A stretch of DNA of 51,858 nt, taken from positions 1 to 51,858 of the forward strand of contig CAMNLS010000001.1 of NCBI GenBank assembly GCA_946543495.1, in the 5' to 3' direction. The position numbers were made by a program, and so were the translations under genes. Positions 27,486 through 36,243 of the stretch are shown piece after piece. Numbering within the stretch: position 1 is the stretch's first letter; the number at the start of each line of letters is the position of its first letter. This DNA comes from an uncultured Selenomonadales bacterium. GTDB taxonomy: Bacteria > Bacillota > Negativicutes > Selenomonadales > Selenomonadaceae. The notes under the pieces were generated by a model. The model had not been told where the DNA came from and ran no database searches. It worked only from the letters and a program-made list of their open reading frames with translations.

Positions 27486-27650
27486 ATTTGGAGCGTCGAA
27501 AACGTCTGTGAAACTGATTTTGGAGCTTTGAAACGCGTTTGGAGCCGTGAAACTTGTTTGGAGCGTCAAAAACGTCTTTGAAACTGATTTTGGAGCTTTG
27601 AAATGAGTTTTGAGCTTTAAAAACGTCTTTGAAGGTGGATTTGAAAGGGC
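27486..27650. repeat. Intergenic array of degenerate short direct repeats (core TTTGGAGC / GAAA) including a 47-nt segment duplicated with 70-bp period
   Basis: TTTGGAGC at 27487, 27519, 27538, 27557 and 27589, plus TTTTGAGC at 27608 (spacings 32, 19, 19, 32, 19). Segment 27487-27533 is repeated at 27557-27603 with 2 mismatches. Confidence 0.8.
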
Positions 27651-27770
27651 AAAAATGAAATTCCCAAATATGGTAATTTGTCAAATGGAGGTTTAGCGGG
27701 CGAAAAAATTTTTTGGCGCGGCTGATAAAATCTGATATAATAGCGGAAAAACTAAATGGGAGGAGCTTGG

Positions 27771-29759
27771 GTGTTGAAGTTCCTAAAAAGATTCTTTGAA
27801 GGCGTCCAACGCGACGCAAGGTTATTTTTTTTCGTATTGATACTGCTTGAAGTCTATCGCGGGCTATTTATCCTCTTCATGTCGAATTACATGAGCACGG
27901 AGTCTGGAGCGGGGCAAATATTTTCTGCGATGTTCACGGGCTTGCGATTGAGCTTGAAAACGGCGGGCGCAGTAACTTTAATATCGTTTATTTTGGTTAC
28001 GATTATCGGTTTGCGAACTCGATTGCGGCTTTTAATCGGAATAATAGCGTCGCTGGCATTTTCAATGCTATTTATGCTTAGATTTCCGTATTATCGGGCG
28101 TTTCAATCGACATTTGGAATGGAAGTCGTGCAAGGTTGGAATGACGACCTTTTATCGATAATCGTCACGATGTTTCAGGAATATGGGATAGCTTGGCGGT
28201 TTATCGTCGCGTTGATTCTTACTTTAATATGTATTGCGGCTTTAAGTCGGCTTTTGATGATAAAAACGTTTCCGCTCCCCGAATTCGACACTAAAACAAA
28301 AAATTTTGGCTTTTCGGCGGGTTTAATCGTTGGAATTTTTATTTTTGGGCTGTTCGTAAGGTTCGGAGGAAGTTTTACGTATGGAAATGGGATAAATTGG
28401 GAGAATGCGGGCGTCACGACCGATAATTTTTTAAATGAATGCATACTTGACGACGCGCAGGCGTTATATAGGGCGCGAGCAATGGCAAAACGTATGGAAG
28501 CGGGCGAAATTTCAGGTGTTGATGCGAAAAAAATTGTAGAATCCGCGCAGATAGTCGCCGTAAACAAAAATTTGACAGAACAGAACCTTGCGCCCTACCT
28601 TGAACGCAAATCACCCGGCGAACGCATACCAAAACCCAAGCATATCTTTATAATTTTGGGCGAAACGTTCATGCAATGGCCGATGCTGGGAAAATATGAC
28701 GAATTATTGGTTGCGGAAGGGATAAAATCGTTAATCGCGGAAGAAAATTGTTATTACAGCCGAAATTTTATGCCGAACGGAGATTTTACGTCCACAGCGA
28801 TAACTGGACTGGTTACGGGCTTGCCTGACGTGAATATTCGCGTAAATTATCAATCTCGAACGTATGAAAAGCTTTATATCACGTCAATGGCGGCTCCGTT
28901 CAAAGAATTGGGCTACAAAGTCGATTTTTGGTATGGAGGAATGCCAAGTTGGGATTCGATAGCAAAAATGAGTTTAGCGCAGGGCTTTGACAATTTTTAT
29001 GGCTATCCAGACTTCAACGCGCCAAAACAGACGACTTGGGGCACAAAGGACGAAAATTTATTCAACGCCTTGCTTGCGCACCTTGCCAGCGAGCCTCCGA
29101 CGGTTCATTTAATCATGACGACGACGAATCACCCGCCGTATAATCTTGATTTGGCTGTTGAAGGCTACGATTTGGAAAAAGTCACCGAAGCTTTGAAAAA
29201 AATCCCGAACGTCGACGACGTGAATCAGTTAGCGGTTGAGCTTGGGCATTATTGGTATATGGACGAGGTTATCACTAACTTTGTCCGCGCCGCGAGCGCA
29301 AAGTTTCCGGAAAGTCTTTTCGTCGTGACGGGCGACCATGCAGTTCGTTGCGACCCTTCGACGCACCCGACTATCTTTGAACATCAAAGCGTACCGTTCG
29401 TGTTGTATGGCGCGGGCATTACCAAAGAAATTCTTCCGCCCGATGCCGTCGGCGACCACATTTCGATTGTCCCAACGATTATCGAACTGATTGCTCCGAA
29501 GGACTTTGCTTATTACTCAATCGCGCCGAGCCTCTTCAACAGTGACGGCGTAGGATTTAATACGCAGGCATTTGTCACGGCGAAGGTTGCCGGGCAGATT
29601 GATTCGGACGTTATCGAATTGTTGCCGCACGTCGCCTCCAACGAACTCAACGACGTGAACTTAAACGACGAACGCGAACACGCTACGCAAATAATCAGCG
29701 CAATGCGGACGGTTGCTTGGTGGATGATTACGAACGGACTTTTCCTCGGCAACGAATAA
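27771..29759 (+). CDS. LtaS/MdoB-like membrane sulfatase-family transferase (phosphoglycerol / phospho-substituent transferase)
   Basis: N-terminal block of about 5 TM helices plus an extracytoplasmic alkaline-phosphatase/sulfatase domain ('FIILGETF', 'TNHPPY', 'FVVTGDHA'). The track starts at ATG 27756, but GGGAGGAG-5 nt-GTG favours 27771. Confidence 0.7.
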   Translation: MLKFLKRFFEGVQRDARLFFFVLILLEVYRGLFILFMSNYMSTESGAGQIFSAMFTGLRLSLKTAGAVTLISFILVTIIGLRTRLRLLIGIIASLAFSMLFMLRFPYYRAFQSTFGMEVVQGWNDDLLSIIVTMFQEYGIAWRFIVALILTLICIAALSRLLMIKTFPLPEFDTKTKNFGFSAGLIVGIFIFGLFVRFGGSFTYGNGINWENAGVTTDNFLNECILDDAQALYRARAMAKRMEAGEISGVDAKKIVESAQIVAVNKNLTEQNLAPYLERKSPGERIPKPKHIFIILGETFMQWPMLGKYDELLVAEGIKSLIAEENCYYSRNFMPNGDFTSTAITGLVTGLPDVNIRVNYQSRTYEKLYITSMAAPFKELGYKVDFWYGGMPSWDSIAKMSLAQGFDNFYGYPDFNAPKQTTWGTKDENLFNALLAHLASEPPTVHLIMTTTNHPPYNLDLAVEGYDLEKVTEALKKIPNVDDVNQLAVELGHYWYMDEVITNFVRAASAKFPESLFVVTGDHAVRCDPSTHPTIFEHQSVPFVLYGAGITKEILPPDAVGDHISIVPTIIELIAPKDFAYYSIAPSLFNSDGVGFNTQAFVTAKVAGQIDSDVIELLPHVASNELNDVNLNDEREHATQIISAMRTVAWWMITNGLFLGNE

Positions 29760-29764
29760 GCAAT

Positions 29765-29801
29765 AAAAAATCCCCCGCGTCATTGCAGGGGAATTTTTTT
29801 G
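29765..29801. terminator. Bidirectional terminator between the LtaS-like gene and the lactate permease gene
   Basis: AAAAAA-TCCCCCGC-gtcatt-GCAGGGGA-ATTTTTTT. Confidence 0.7.
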
Positions 29802-29812
29802 TTCAAAATGTT

Positions 29813-31330
29813 TTACAACATCGATTGTCCGAAGTAGACCACGCAACCCATAATCAAGATAAACGGCAAGTAGACTTTGACGGCGACTTTCATGAGCTGA
29901 CCTTCAATGCCGAATGCACCGACAGCCGCCGCGCCGATTGCGATTGATTGCGGGGAAATGATTTTGCCGACGCAAGAGCCTGCCGCGTTCGCCGCCGCTA
30001 TCCAAGCTTGAGCGTCTTGTTCAAGACCGATTGCAACAGCGGAATCAACTTGCAATTTGCTCAAAAGGACGCAGCTTGAAGTTGCCGAGCCTGTGATAAA
30101 CGCGCCGATTGAACCGATTAGCGGGGCGATGAACGGATAAATCGTTCCCGTCACGGCAACGGTTGTCGTCGCTACCGCCATCGTCATGCCAGAATAGCCC
30201 ATGATTCGTGCCGTAGCAATAATCGTGATAATCGTTATGAACGTCGGAATCAAAGTTTTAACTGTGCGCGAAAGGACGTTGATCATGTCGCTAATCGAGG
30301 CGTTATTAATCAAACCGCTGAGTACTGCGGATATAAAGATTATTGTCGGAGTCGTTATCCATTGGAAAGTAGTAGGGGCGGCGTCCGCGCCAGAGTAAAT
30401 CATAATTTTGGTATTTACGGTTTTGAGAACATCTGCAACGGCAGGTATGGAAGTGCCAATCAAAAAGATAAAAATAAGTATGAAGACAAGCCAAGCTCTT
30501 ATTGCCTCGCTGGGAGTTATTGAAAAATTTTCGTTGTAGTCGTCAATCTCGTATTCGGGGTCGTGTATGGGAAATTTTTTGCCGTAGACAACCAGCGCAC
30601 TCATTGAACACACAGCACCCGCTATTCCCGCCAAAGAGGCTCCTAATGTAGCAGCGGCAAGCAAAGACGGCAAACAGAACGCAATTCCGCCAACCAAGCA
30701 CGCGGGAATCATGCCTTTTAAAGCCTTCATCCCTCCATAGGCGATGAGCATGATAAACGGCATAAGAATCATCATTACACTAAGCTGAATCGCCGTATAT
30801 GAGGCTATCTGCAAAGGGTCAAAATTGGTGAGCTTTGCAAGCGTTGTTAAAGGCAAACCGACCGAGCCATATGAACTCATTGCGGCATTGGATAATAAGG
30901 AGACGATAACGGCTCCCACTGGCGTCACACCGACCGCAACCAACATACTTGCGCCGATAGCAACCGCCGTGCCGAAGCCCGACATACATTCAAGGAAGCC
31001 GCCGAAGCCCCATGCGATAATGAGTATCAGCATTCGTTTATCCGTTGAGACTGAGGACAGCATATCCTTAATTTTTTCCATGCCGCCGGTATGCACAGTC
31101 AAGTTATAGGCAAATATCGCCGAAACGATAACTCCGAGAATCGGCCATATCGCCATGAGTGCTCCTTCCAATGTTCCCGTTGCTACGTCCATTAGCGGCA
31201 TTTCAAAGCACTGGTTAGCGATGATAAAAGAGATAATCAGCGCGACGGGGCACGCCTTCCACGCTGGCAATTTCAAAACGCTCAACGCGACGATTAGCCA
31301 TAGGATTGGTGCTAATCCTTGAATAAACAA
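29813..31330 (-). CDS. lctP: L-lactate permease (LctP family)
   Basis: 505-aa polytopic ORF. The N-terminus 'LAPILWLIVALSVLKLPAWKACPVALIISFIIA' and overall pattern resemble LctP/LldP permeases. Confidence 0.75.
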   Translation of the reverse strand: MFIQGLAPILWLIVALSVLKLPAWKACPVALIISFIIANQCFEMPLMDVATGTLEGALMAIWPILGVIVSAIFAYNLTVHTGGMEKIKDMLSSVSTDKRMLILIIAWGFGGFLECMSGFGTAVAIGASMLVAVGVTPVGAVIVSLLSNAAMSSYGSVGLPLTTLAKLTNFDPLQIASYTAIQLSVMMILMPFIMLIAYGGMKALKGMIPACLVGGIAFCLPSLLAAATLGASLAGIAGAVCSMSALVVYGKKFPIHDPEYEIDDYNENFSITPSEAIRAWLVFILIFIFLIGTSIPAVADVLKTVNTKIMIYSGADAAPTTFQWITTPTIIFISAVLSGLINNASISDMINVLSRTVKTLIPTFITIITIIATARIMGYSGMTMAVATTTVAVTGTIYPFIAPLIGSIGAFITGSATSSCVLLSKLQVDSAVAIGLEQDAQAWIAAANAAGSCVGKIISPQSIAIGAAAVGAFGIEGQLMKVAVKVYLPFILIMGCVVYFGQSML

Positions 31331-31335
31331 TTTCC

Positions 31336-32241
31336 TCAGTCCTTTCCAAACTTTTTAAGCTGTTCCAAGACAAATTCCATGTCGTCGGGCAATGGAGCCG
31401 TAAACGTCATAAGCTCGCCGCTTGTCGGGTTAATCAAGCTTAGTGTGTGTGAGTGCAGTGCTTGCCCATCAATGTCAAAGGGATTCTTCCGCGTAGTATA
31501 TTTGGTGTCTCCTAAGAGCGGATGACCTATCGCCGTCATGTGTACGCGGATTTGATGCGTCCTGCCCGTTTGAAGCTTGCATTCAACGTAAGTGAACTCC
31601 TTAAAGCGTTCCAAGACTTTAAACTCCGTGACAGCAGGCTTGCCGCCCGCGACGATTGCCATCTTTTTACGGTCAACCTTATCGCGCCCGATTGCGCCCG
31701 TGATAATTCCTACGTTGTCAGTCAAGACGCCGTGAACGATTGCTAGATAATTCCTCGTGGCGGTTTTATTTTTAATCTGCGCGGCTAAGCTCAAATGCGC
31801 GGCGTCAGTCTTAGCAACGACCATAACGCCCGAAGTGTCCTTGTCGAGACGATGAACAATGCCCGGACGTTTGATGCCATTAATGCCCGATAAGTCCTTG
31901 CAATGATAAAGCAATGCATTAACCAACGTGCCACGCTTGACGGTCTCGGCGGGGTGAACAGTCATTCCGCGTGCCTTGTTGACGACGATTATATCCGCGT
32001 CTTCGTAGAGAATATCCAACGGCAAATCTTCGGGCAAGTACTCAACATCAGTGGCGGCGACCTCTTGAATAAAAATTTCTTCGCCGCCCGTGAGTTTAAA
32101 GCTCGCCTTGACCTTAGCACCGTCGACAGTTATCAAGCCGTCCGCGATTAACTTTTGAACATGCGAACGCGTCGCAGAAAGTTTTTCGCTAAGGTAAACG
32201 TCAAGCCGACTGTGCTCCGTCCCTTCGACAAATAAATTCAT
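31336..32241 (-). CDS. rluD: 23S rRNA pseudouridine synthase, RluD subfamily
   Basis: 301-aa ORF. N-terminal S4 domain ('RLDVYLSEKL..TRSHVQKLI'). Catalytic motif 'HRLDKDTSGVMVVAK'. 'GRTHQIRVHM'. Confidence 0.9.
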   Translation of the reverse strand: MNLFVEGTEHSRLDVYLSEKLSATRSHVQKLIADGLITVDGAKVKASFKLTGGEEIFIQEVAATDVEYLPEDLPLDILYEDADIIVVNKARGMTVHPAETVKRGTLVNALLYHCKDLSGINGIKRPGIVHRLDKDTSGVMVVAKTDAAHLSLAAQIKNKTATRNYLAIVHGVLTDNVGIITGAIGRDKVDRKKMAIVAGGKPAVTEFKVLERFKEFTYVECKLQTGRTHQIRVHMTAIGHPLLGDTKYTTRKNPFDIDGQALHSHTLSLINPTSGELMTFTAPLPDDMEFVLEQLKKFGKD

Positions 32242-32777
32242 CGTCTGATTTCCTCAACCTTACTTAGTCCGCCATCGAGCCGAAAAAGTATCGCGTAAAT
32301 CATGAAGCCCATACCCAAGACAATCGCAATGTCGGCAACGTTGAAGACTGGCCAAATCCTGAAGTCGAAGAAGTCAACAACGTAACCTGTCTGCGCCCTG
32401 TCGATTAAGTTCGCAACCGCCCCGCTCAATATAGCCGTCGCCCCCAGTCTAAGGAAAGTGTCCGACTTCTTAAGGAGCGGATAAAAGTAAGCCGTTGCCA
32501 AGATTAATACTAAGCCCGTGACTAGCAAAAACATTCGCTGATTGGAAAAGATTCCGAACGCCGCGCCCGGATTCAATATGTAGGTTAAGTGGAAGACGTT
32601 CTGCACAATCGGGATTGATTCGCCTGGTACCATTGACTTCATAACTAAAGCTTTGGTGAGTTGGTCGCACACGACGACGCCGACGAACAAAACTTTTTCC
32701 CAATTAAAGAACGCTATAGCAAACACGCACTCAACAACCAGCAAAATCTTTTTGAGGACGTCGACAAGAGATTTCAC
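32238..32777 (-). CDS. lspA: Lipoprotein signal peptidase II
   Basis: 4-TM ORF with 'NPGAAFG' and catalytic box 'FNVADIAIVLG'. GTGA/ATGA overlaps with both neighbours. Confidence 0.9.
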   Translation of the reverse strand: MKSLVDVLKKILLVVECVFAIAFFNWEKVLFVGVVVCDQLTKALVMKSMVPGESIPIVQNVFHLTYILNPGAAFGIFSNQRMFLLVTGLVLILATAYFYPLLKKSDTFLRLGATAILSGAVANLIDRAQTGYVVDFFDFRIWPVFNVADIAIVLGMGFMIYAILFRLDGGLSKVEEIRR

Positions 32778-33508
32778 TTTGCCGCCCCCTTATCGCGGGC
32801 GGGCTTAACGGGCTTATAAGTTTTTGTTTCGTCGGTAACGGGCTTCGTGGAAATGTCAACGATATTTGGTTCAATGTCGTCGTCTTCAGGCTCTGGCTCG
32901 GATTTTTCTTCAAGCTTAGGCTCTTCGACGGTCGGCGCGGTCTTTTCGACAGGCGGCGCAGGTTCTTCGACAGGTTTTGGCTTATCTTCTGGCAAAATTT
33001 GTTTGACTGCCTCAGCAACGCTCGGAACGTCTTCAATCATTTGCTTTGTTAGCGTCAACTCGGATTCAAGGATTGTGCGCAACTTCATGAGGAACGCATT
33101 TTTCTCGCGAACGAATTTATCATACTCTGCCAAAATCGCATCGCGTTTTACCTTTGCGCTGTCAATCTGTTGCGTTGCCTCGTATTGTGCTTGGTCTTTA
33201 ATTTGTTGACACTCGCGGGCGGCGTTTTCCTTCATGGCGTCGGCATTCTTCCTTGCGGCGGCAATGACTTCATCTGCTGTGCGTTGAGCCACTATCAGCG
33301 TATCATTCATTGTCTTTTCCAATCCGCGATACTTTTCTAATTCCTTTTCCGTCGTATAAAGTTGAGTTTTAAGACGTTCGGTTTCATTCAAGAGCTTTTC
33401 AAAGTCAACAACGATTCTATCAAGAAAATCATCGACCTCGTTTTCATTGTAGCCACGAACCATCGCTTTCTTGAATTGATGATCGTGAATCTCCATTGGC
33501 GTAAGCAA
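32774..33508 (-). CDS. divIVA: Cell-division protein DivIVA
   Basis: N-terminus 'MLTPMEIHDHQFKKAMVRGYNENEVDDFLDRIV', then coiled coil and a Pro/Glu-rich tail. TTG start after GGAGG. Confidence 0.9.
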   Translation of the reverse strand: MLTPMEIHDHQFKKAMVRGYNENEVDDFLDRIVVDFEKLLNETERLKTQLYTTEKELEKYRGLEKTMNDTLIVAQRTADEVIAAARKNADAMKENAARECQQIKDQAQYEATQQIDSAKVKRDAILAEYDKFVREKNAFLMKLRTILESELTLTKQMIEDVPSVAEAVKQILPEDKPKPVEEPAPPVEKTAPTVEEPKLEEKSEPEPEDDDIEPNIVDISTKPVTDETKTYKPVKPARDKGAAK

Positions 33509-33529
33509 CTATATCGCCTCCAAACTAAA

Positions 33530-33982
33530 TTAAGGATTATCAGACTCCTTGAATTTTTTATCATAGCGGAAGTTATGTCCGCCGTTCGTCGGGGGCGGCA
33601 GTTCCGCATTCTTCTTGTCACGCTCCGCCACTAAATCATCTGCCAAGAGCCAGCCCGCCGATTCAAGCATTGCTAATGAAACCGTTGGCGCAACCAGTTG
33701 ACCGATAAACGGTAAGACCTTTGAAATTTCTTTCGTGATGACTCGAAGTGGTTGATTTTTTATCGTCGCGATGATTGCACTGGTTGCCATGTTCTTTGCT
33801 ACCGATTCTGTTATCGAACCGCCGAACACGGATGCCAACGCCATTGCCATTGTCGTCATCGTCACGGTATCCACTGCTATTCCGACTCCTGGGGCGGGCA
33901 CTAAGTTTCCTGCCGCCGCCGCTGCCGCGTGTCCGTGAATTATCTTTTGACACTTTTTCTTTTCCTCTTCCGTCATTGGCAA
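33530..33982 (-). CDS. Hypothetical membrane-associated protein (possibly DUF697-like)
   Basis: 150-aa ORF. 'IIHGHAAAAAAGNLVPAPGVGIAVDTVTMTTMAMALASVFGG' pattern. It sits where ylmG lies in Bacillus-type dcw-distal clusters but does not look like YGGT. Confidence 0.45.
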   Translation of the reverse strand: MPMTEEEKKKCQKIIHGHAAAAAAGNLVPAPGVGIAVDTVTMTTMAMALASVFGGSITESVAKNMATSAIIATIKNQPLRVITKEISKVLPFIGQLVAPTVSLAMLESAGWLLADDLVAERDKKNAELPPPTNGGHNFRYDKKFKESDNP

Positions 33983-33995
33983 GAAAATCTCCTCC

Positions 33996-34784
33996 TTAGA
34001 AGAATCTCTTTAACAGAACGCCGACGCGCCCCTTTTTAGTTTGCCCGCGAACCTCAACGACTTCCAAACGCCCACGCCCGCGCATACTAAGTATATCGCC
34101 TTCCTTAATAGACTGCGATGCATTCTTGACGGTCTGCCAGTTAAGTTTAATCTTCTCCGCAGCAATCTCCGTCGCCGCCTTACTTCTTGACATGCCAAAG
34201 CCCGCCGCCGCTATCGAATCTGCGCGAAGGGAAGCAACCGTTGCTTTAATCTCTTTAGTGCGCTCTTCTTTGGCAGAAATATTTTCCAACTCGTCAATCG
34301 AAGTCGTGACCGTCGTCCCACCGATTTGCGTCAAGTTCAGCGTGAAGTATTCGCCCATCTTTTTATCAATAAGAATCCTCGCGCAATCTTTAGTTGCGAT
34401 AATGTCGCCAATATATTCGCGGTCGACGCCGAGACTTAATATTGAGCCTAAAACATCACGATGACCGAGCCGAGCAAATTCGCCATTCCATTCCGCCTTG
34501 ATAACGTCAATTTCAAAGTTCGGCGTGCCTTTGAAGTCTTCACGACAAAAGGCGGCGCGTTGACGTTCAGCCCCGCGATAGCCGCCGTAAAAGTCGACGT
34601 TGAGTTCGCCGAGACTGTTAGCAATGACGCCTGCCATTTCCTGTTCAAAGGGCGACAGAAAACCCGTAAGCTTACACTTGCGACTTTTAACCGTCTGCGC
34701 GGCGAAGTCGACGAGCTTAACGGCGGACGCTTCGCCCGCGGTGCCTTTATAGTAACGAATAATTTTTTCTCTTGCGTCTTGCAT
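33996..34784 (-). CDS. ylmH: YlmH-like RNA-binding (S4 domain) cell-division-associated protein
   Basis: 262-aa ORF with C-terminal S4 domain ('RADSIAAAGFGMSRSKAATEIAAEKIKLNWQ'). Positioned between sepF and divIVA as in Firmicutes. Confidence 0.75.
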   Translation of the reverse strand: MQDAREKIIRYYKGTAGEASAVKLVDFAAQTVKSRKCKLTGFLSPFEQEMAGVIANSLGELNVDFYGGYRGAERQRAAFCREDFKGTPNFEIDVIKAEWNGEFARLGHRDVLGSILSLGVDREYIGDIIATKDCARILIDKKMGEYFTLNLTQIGGTTVTTSIDELENISAKEERTKEIKATVASLRADSIAAAGFGMSRSKAATEIAAEKIKLNWQTVKNASQSIKEGDILSMRGRGRLEVVEVRGQTKKGRVGVLLKRFF

Positions 34785-34802
34785 ATCTCTAGTTCCTGGT
34801 TC

Positions 34803-35330
34803 CTATAGCTTTCGCGTGAGCCACGAAAAGTCATTGCGCTCTTGCTTAGGTTCTTCCCTGTTAAATGTGACCATGACGGTTTTGGGCGTGCACACGAAGA
34901 CATATTCGCTGACCTGCTGAACGTCGCCATCAATGGCATAAGTCGTGCCCAACGCGAAATCGATAATCCGCCGGGCGTGTTCGGGGCTCGTGTCCTCCAA
35001 GTTTATGATGACGGGCACATCTTCGCGAAGGCAATCGGCGATAACTTTTGCGTCGTCGTCGAAGTTCTTCGGTCTGACCGTCGTGATTTTCGATTTGACC
35101 ATGCTTTTGGTCGTGCTATTGTTTGTCATAAAATTATCCCTCGCCGACATCGCCGAATTAAAATCAACTACTTTGTGCCCCGACATAGTCGCGGGCGGCG
35201 GTTGTATTGGCGATTCTTTTTCTTCTGGCTGCGTGGTTGGCAGCTCTTCTTTTGTGCTCATCTTTACTACCTTCTCCTCATCTTTTTCTAACAGTCCGAG
35301 AGAGCGGCTAACCTTGTCGATGATTTCCAT
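34803..35330 (-). CDS. sepF: Cell-division protein SepF
   Basis: C-terminal SepF domain ('TVRPKNFDDDAKVIADCLREDVPVIINLEDTSPEHARRIIDFALGTTYAIDGDVQQVSEYVFVCTP'). Start set at ATG 35330 (GAGGAG upstream), which removes the overlap with yggS. Confidence 0.85.
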   Translation of the reverse strand: MEIIDKVSRSLGLLEKDEEKVVKMSTKEELPTTQPEEKESPIQPPPATMSGHKVVDFNSAMSARDNFMTNNSTTKSMVKSKITTVRPKNFDDDAKVIADCLREDVPVIINLEDTSPEHARRIIDFALGTTYAIDGDVQQVSEYVFVCTPKTVMVTFNREEPKQERNDFSWLTRKL

Positions 35331-35355
35331 GCATTCAAACTCCTCTCGCAAATTT

Positions 35356-36009
35356 TTATCTGTAGGATCTCTCGCCGAAGATAGCCGTACCGACTCGAAC
35401 GACGTTTGCGCCCTCCTCGACTGCGATTTTATAATCATGCGTCATGCCCATTGACAAGAAGTCGAAAGCCACCCGATTAGTCTTCAGCCCGTCGAAGAGT
35501 TCACGCATTGTTTTAAAGAACGGGCGACACTCATTAACGTCTTCCAGATTCGGCGCAATCATCATCAGCCCGCGCAGTCGAAGGTTCTTTGCCGCGTCGA
35601 CGAACTTTATCAGCCCGTCTAAGTCCTCAAGCATTACTCCAGACTTTTGCGGCTCGCGGGCGGCGTTGACTTGGATTAGCACATCTTGAACCTTGCCGAT
35701 TGAAGCCGCCGCCTTGTCGAGTGCCGCCGCTAAGTGTTGGCTGTCGACCGATTGAATCAAATCGAAGAGCTTGACTGCCGCCTTAGCCTTGTTGGTCTGC
35801 AGGTGCCCGATTAGATGGCGGGTGACTTTGCGGTTAAGCGTTTGGAATTTCTCCGCCGCCTCTTGAACGCGGTTTTCGCCAATGTCGGTTGCTCCCGCGT
35901 CGATTGCCTCGCGCATAAGGTCAACGCCATGATTCTTCGTCACCGCGACCAAAGTTATTTTATCGCCTAGTTCGTCTCTTATCGCTTGAAAGTTTTCTGC
36001 TACGCTCAA
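35356..36009 (-). CDS. yggS: YggS/YlmE-family PLP homeostasis protein
   Basis: 217-aa ORF. 'LVAVTKNHG' (PLP Lys), 'HLIGHLQTNKAK', 'LSMGMTHDYKIAVEEGANVVRVGTAIFG'. Confidence 0.9.
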   Translation of the reverse strand: MSVAENFQAIRDELGDKITLVAVTKNHGVDLMREAIDAGATDIGENRVQEAAEKFQTLNRKVTRHLIGHLQTNKAKAAVKLFDLIQSVDSQHLAAALDKAAASIGKVQDVLIQVNAAREPQKSGVMLEDLDGLIKFVDAAKNLRLRGLMMIAPNLEDVNECRPFFKTMRELFDGLKTNRVAFDFLSMGMTHDYKIAVEEGANVVRVGTAIFGERSYR

Positions 36010-36113
36010 ACGTCTTTCACCTCCACATAAAAATTTTCACGCATATATTAAACTAGTTGCCTTGCCGCGTCAATGAAAACAGCTTGAATAAATTTCCATG
36101 CGCCAAAAAATAT

Positions 36114-36142
36114 TTGTCGATTGCCGCCTCGAATAGTATAAT
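36114..36142 (+). promoter_or_regulatory. Candidate sigma70 promoter of the CNNM/CorC gene (TTGTCG-17 nt-TATAAT)
   Basis: -35 TTGTCG at 36114-36119 and -10 TATAAT at 36137-36142. Leaves a leader of about 95 nt containing hairpins and a T8 run. Confidence 0.4.
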
Positions 36143-36243
36143 GCGGAAAGCAACGTGACGTTGCATCCAATGGACGCGGTTGAGTCTTCGATGAGTCGGA
36201 GCAAATTACCGCGCTCGAACTTTTTTTTAACGGAGGTTTGTTA

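Noticed and set aside
27486-27650. CRISPR array (also considered for 51764-51858).
   Set aside because: The repeats are directly adjacent or irregularly spaced at 19 and 32 nt, with no unique spacers of CRISPR length. The 39-bp units at the window edge are perfectly tandem with no spacers. No cas genes are present in the window.
27472-27819. A 115-aa minus-strand ORF.
   Set aside because: It is a read-through of the TTTGGAGC short-repeat array, so the protein is just iterated 'FKDVF/SKxxFxxxF' units. It also runs across a plus-strand terminator and across the promoter, RBS and start of the LtaS-like gene. I treat it as non-coding repeat DNA.
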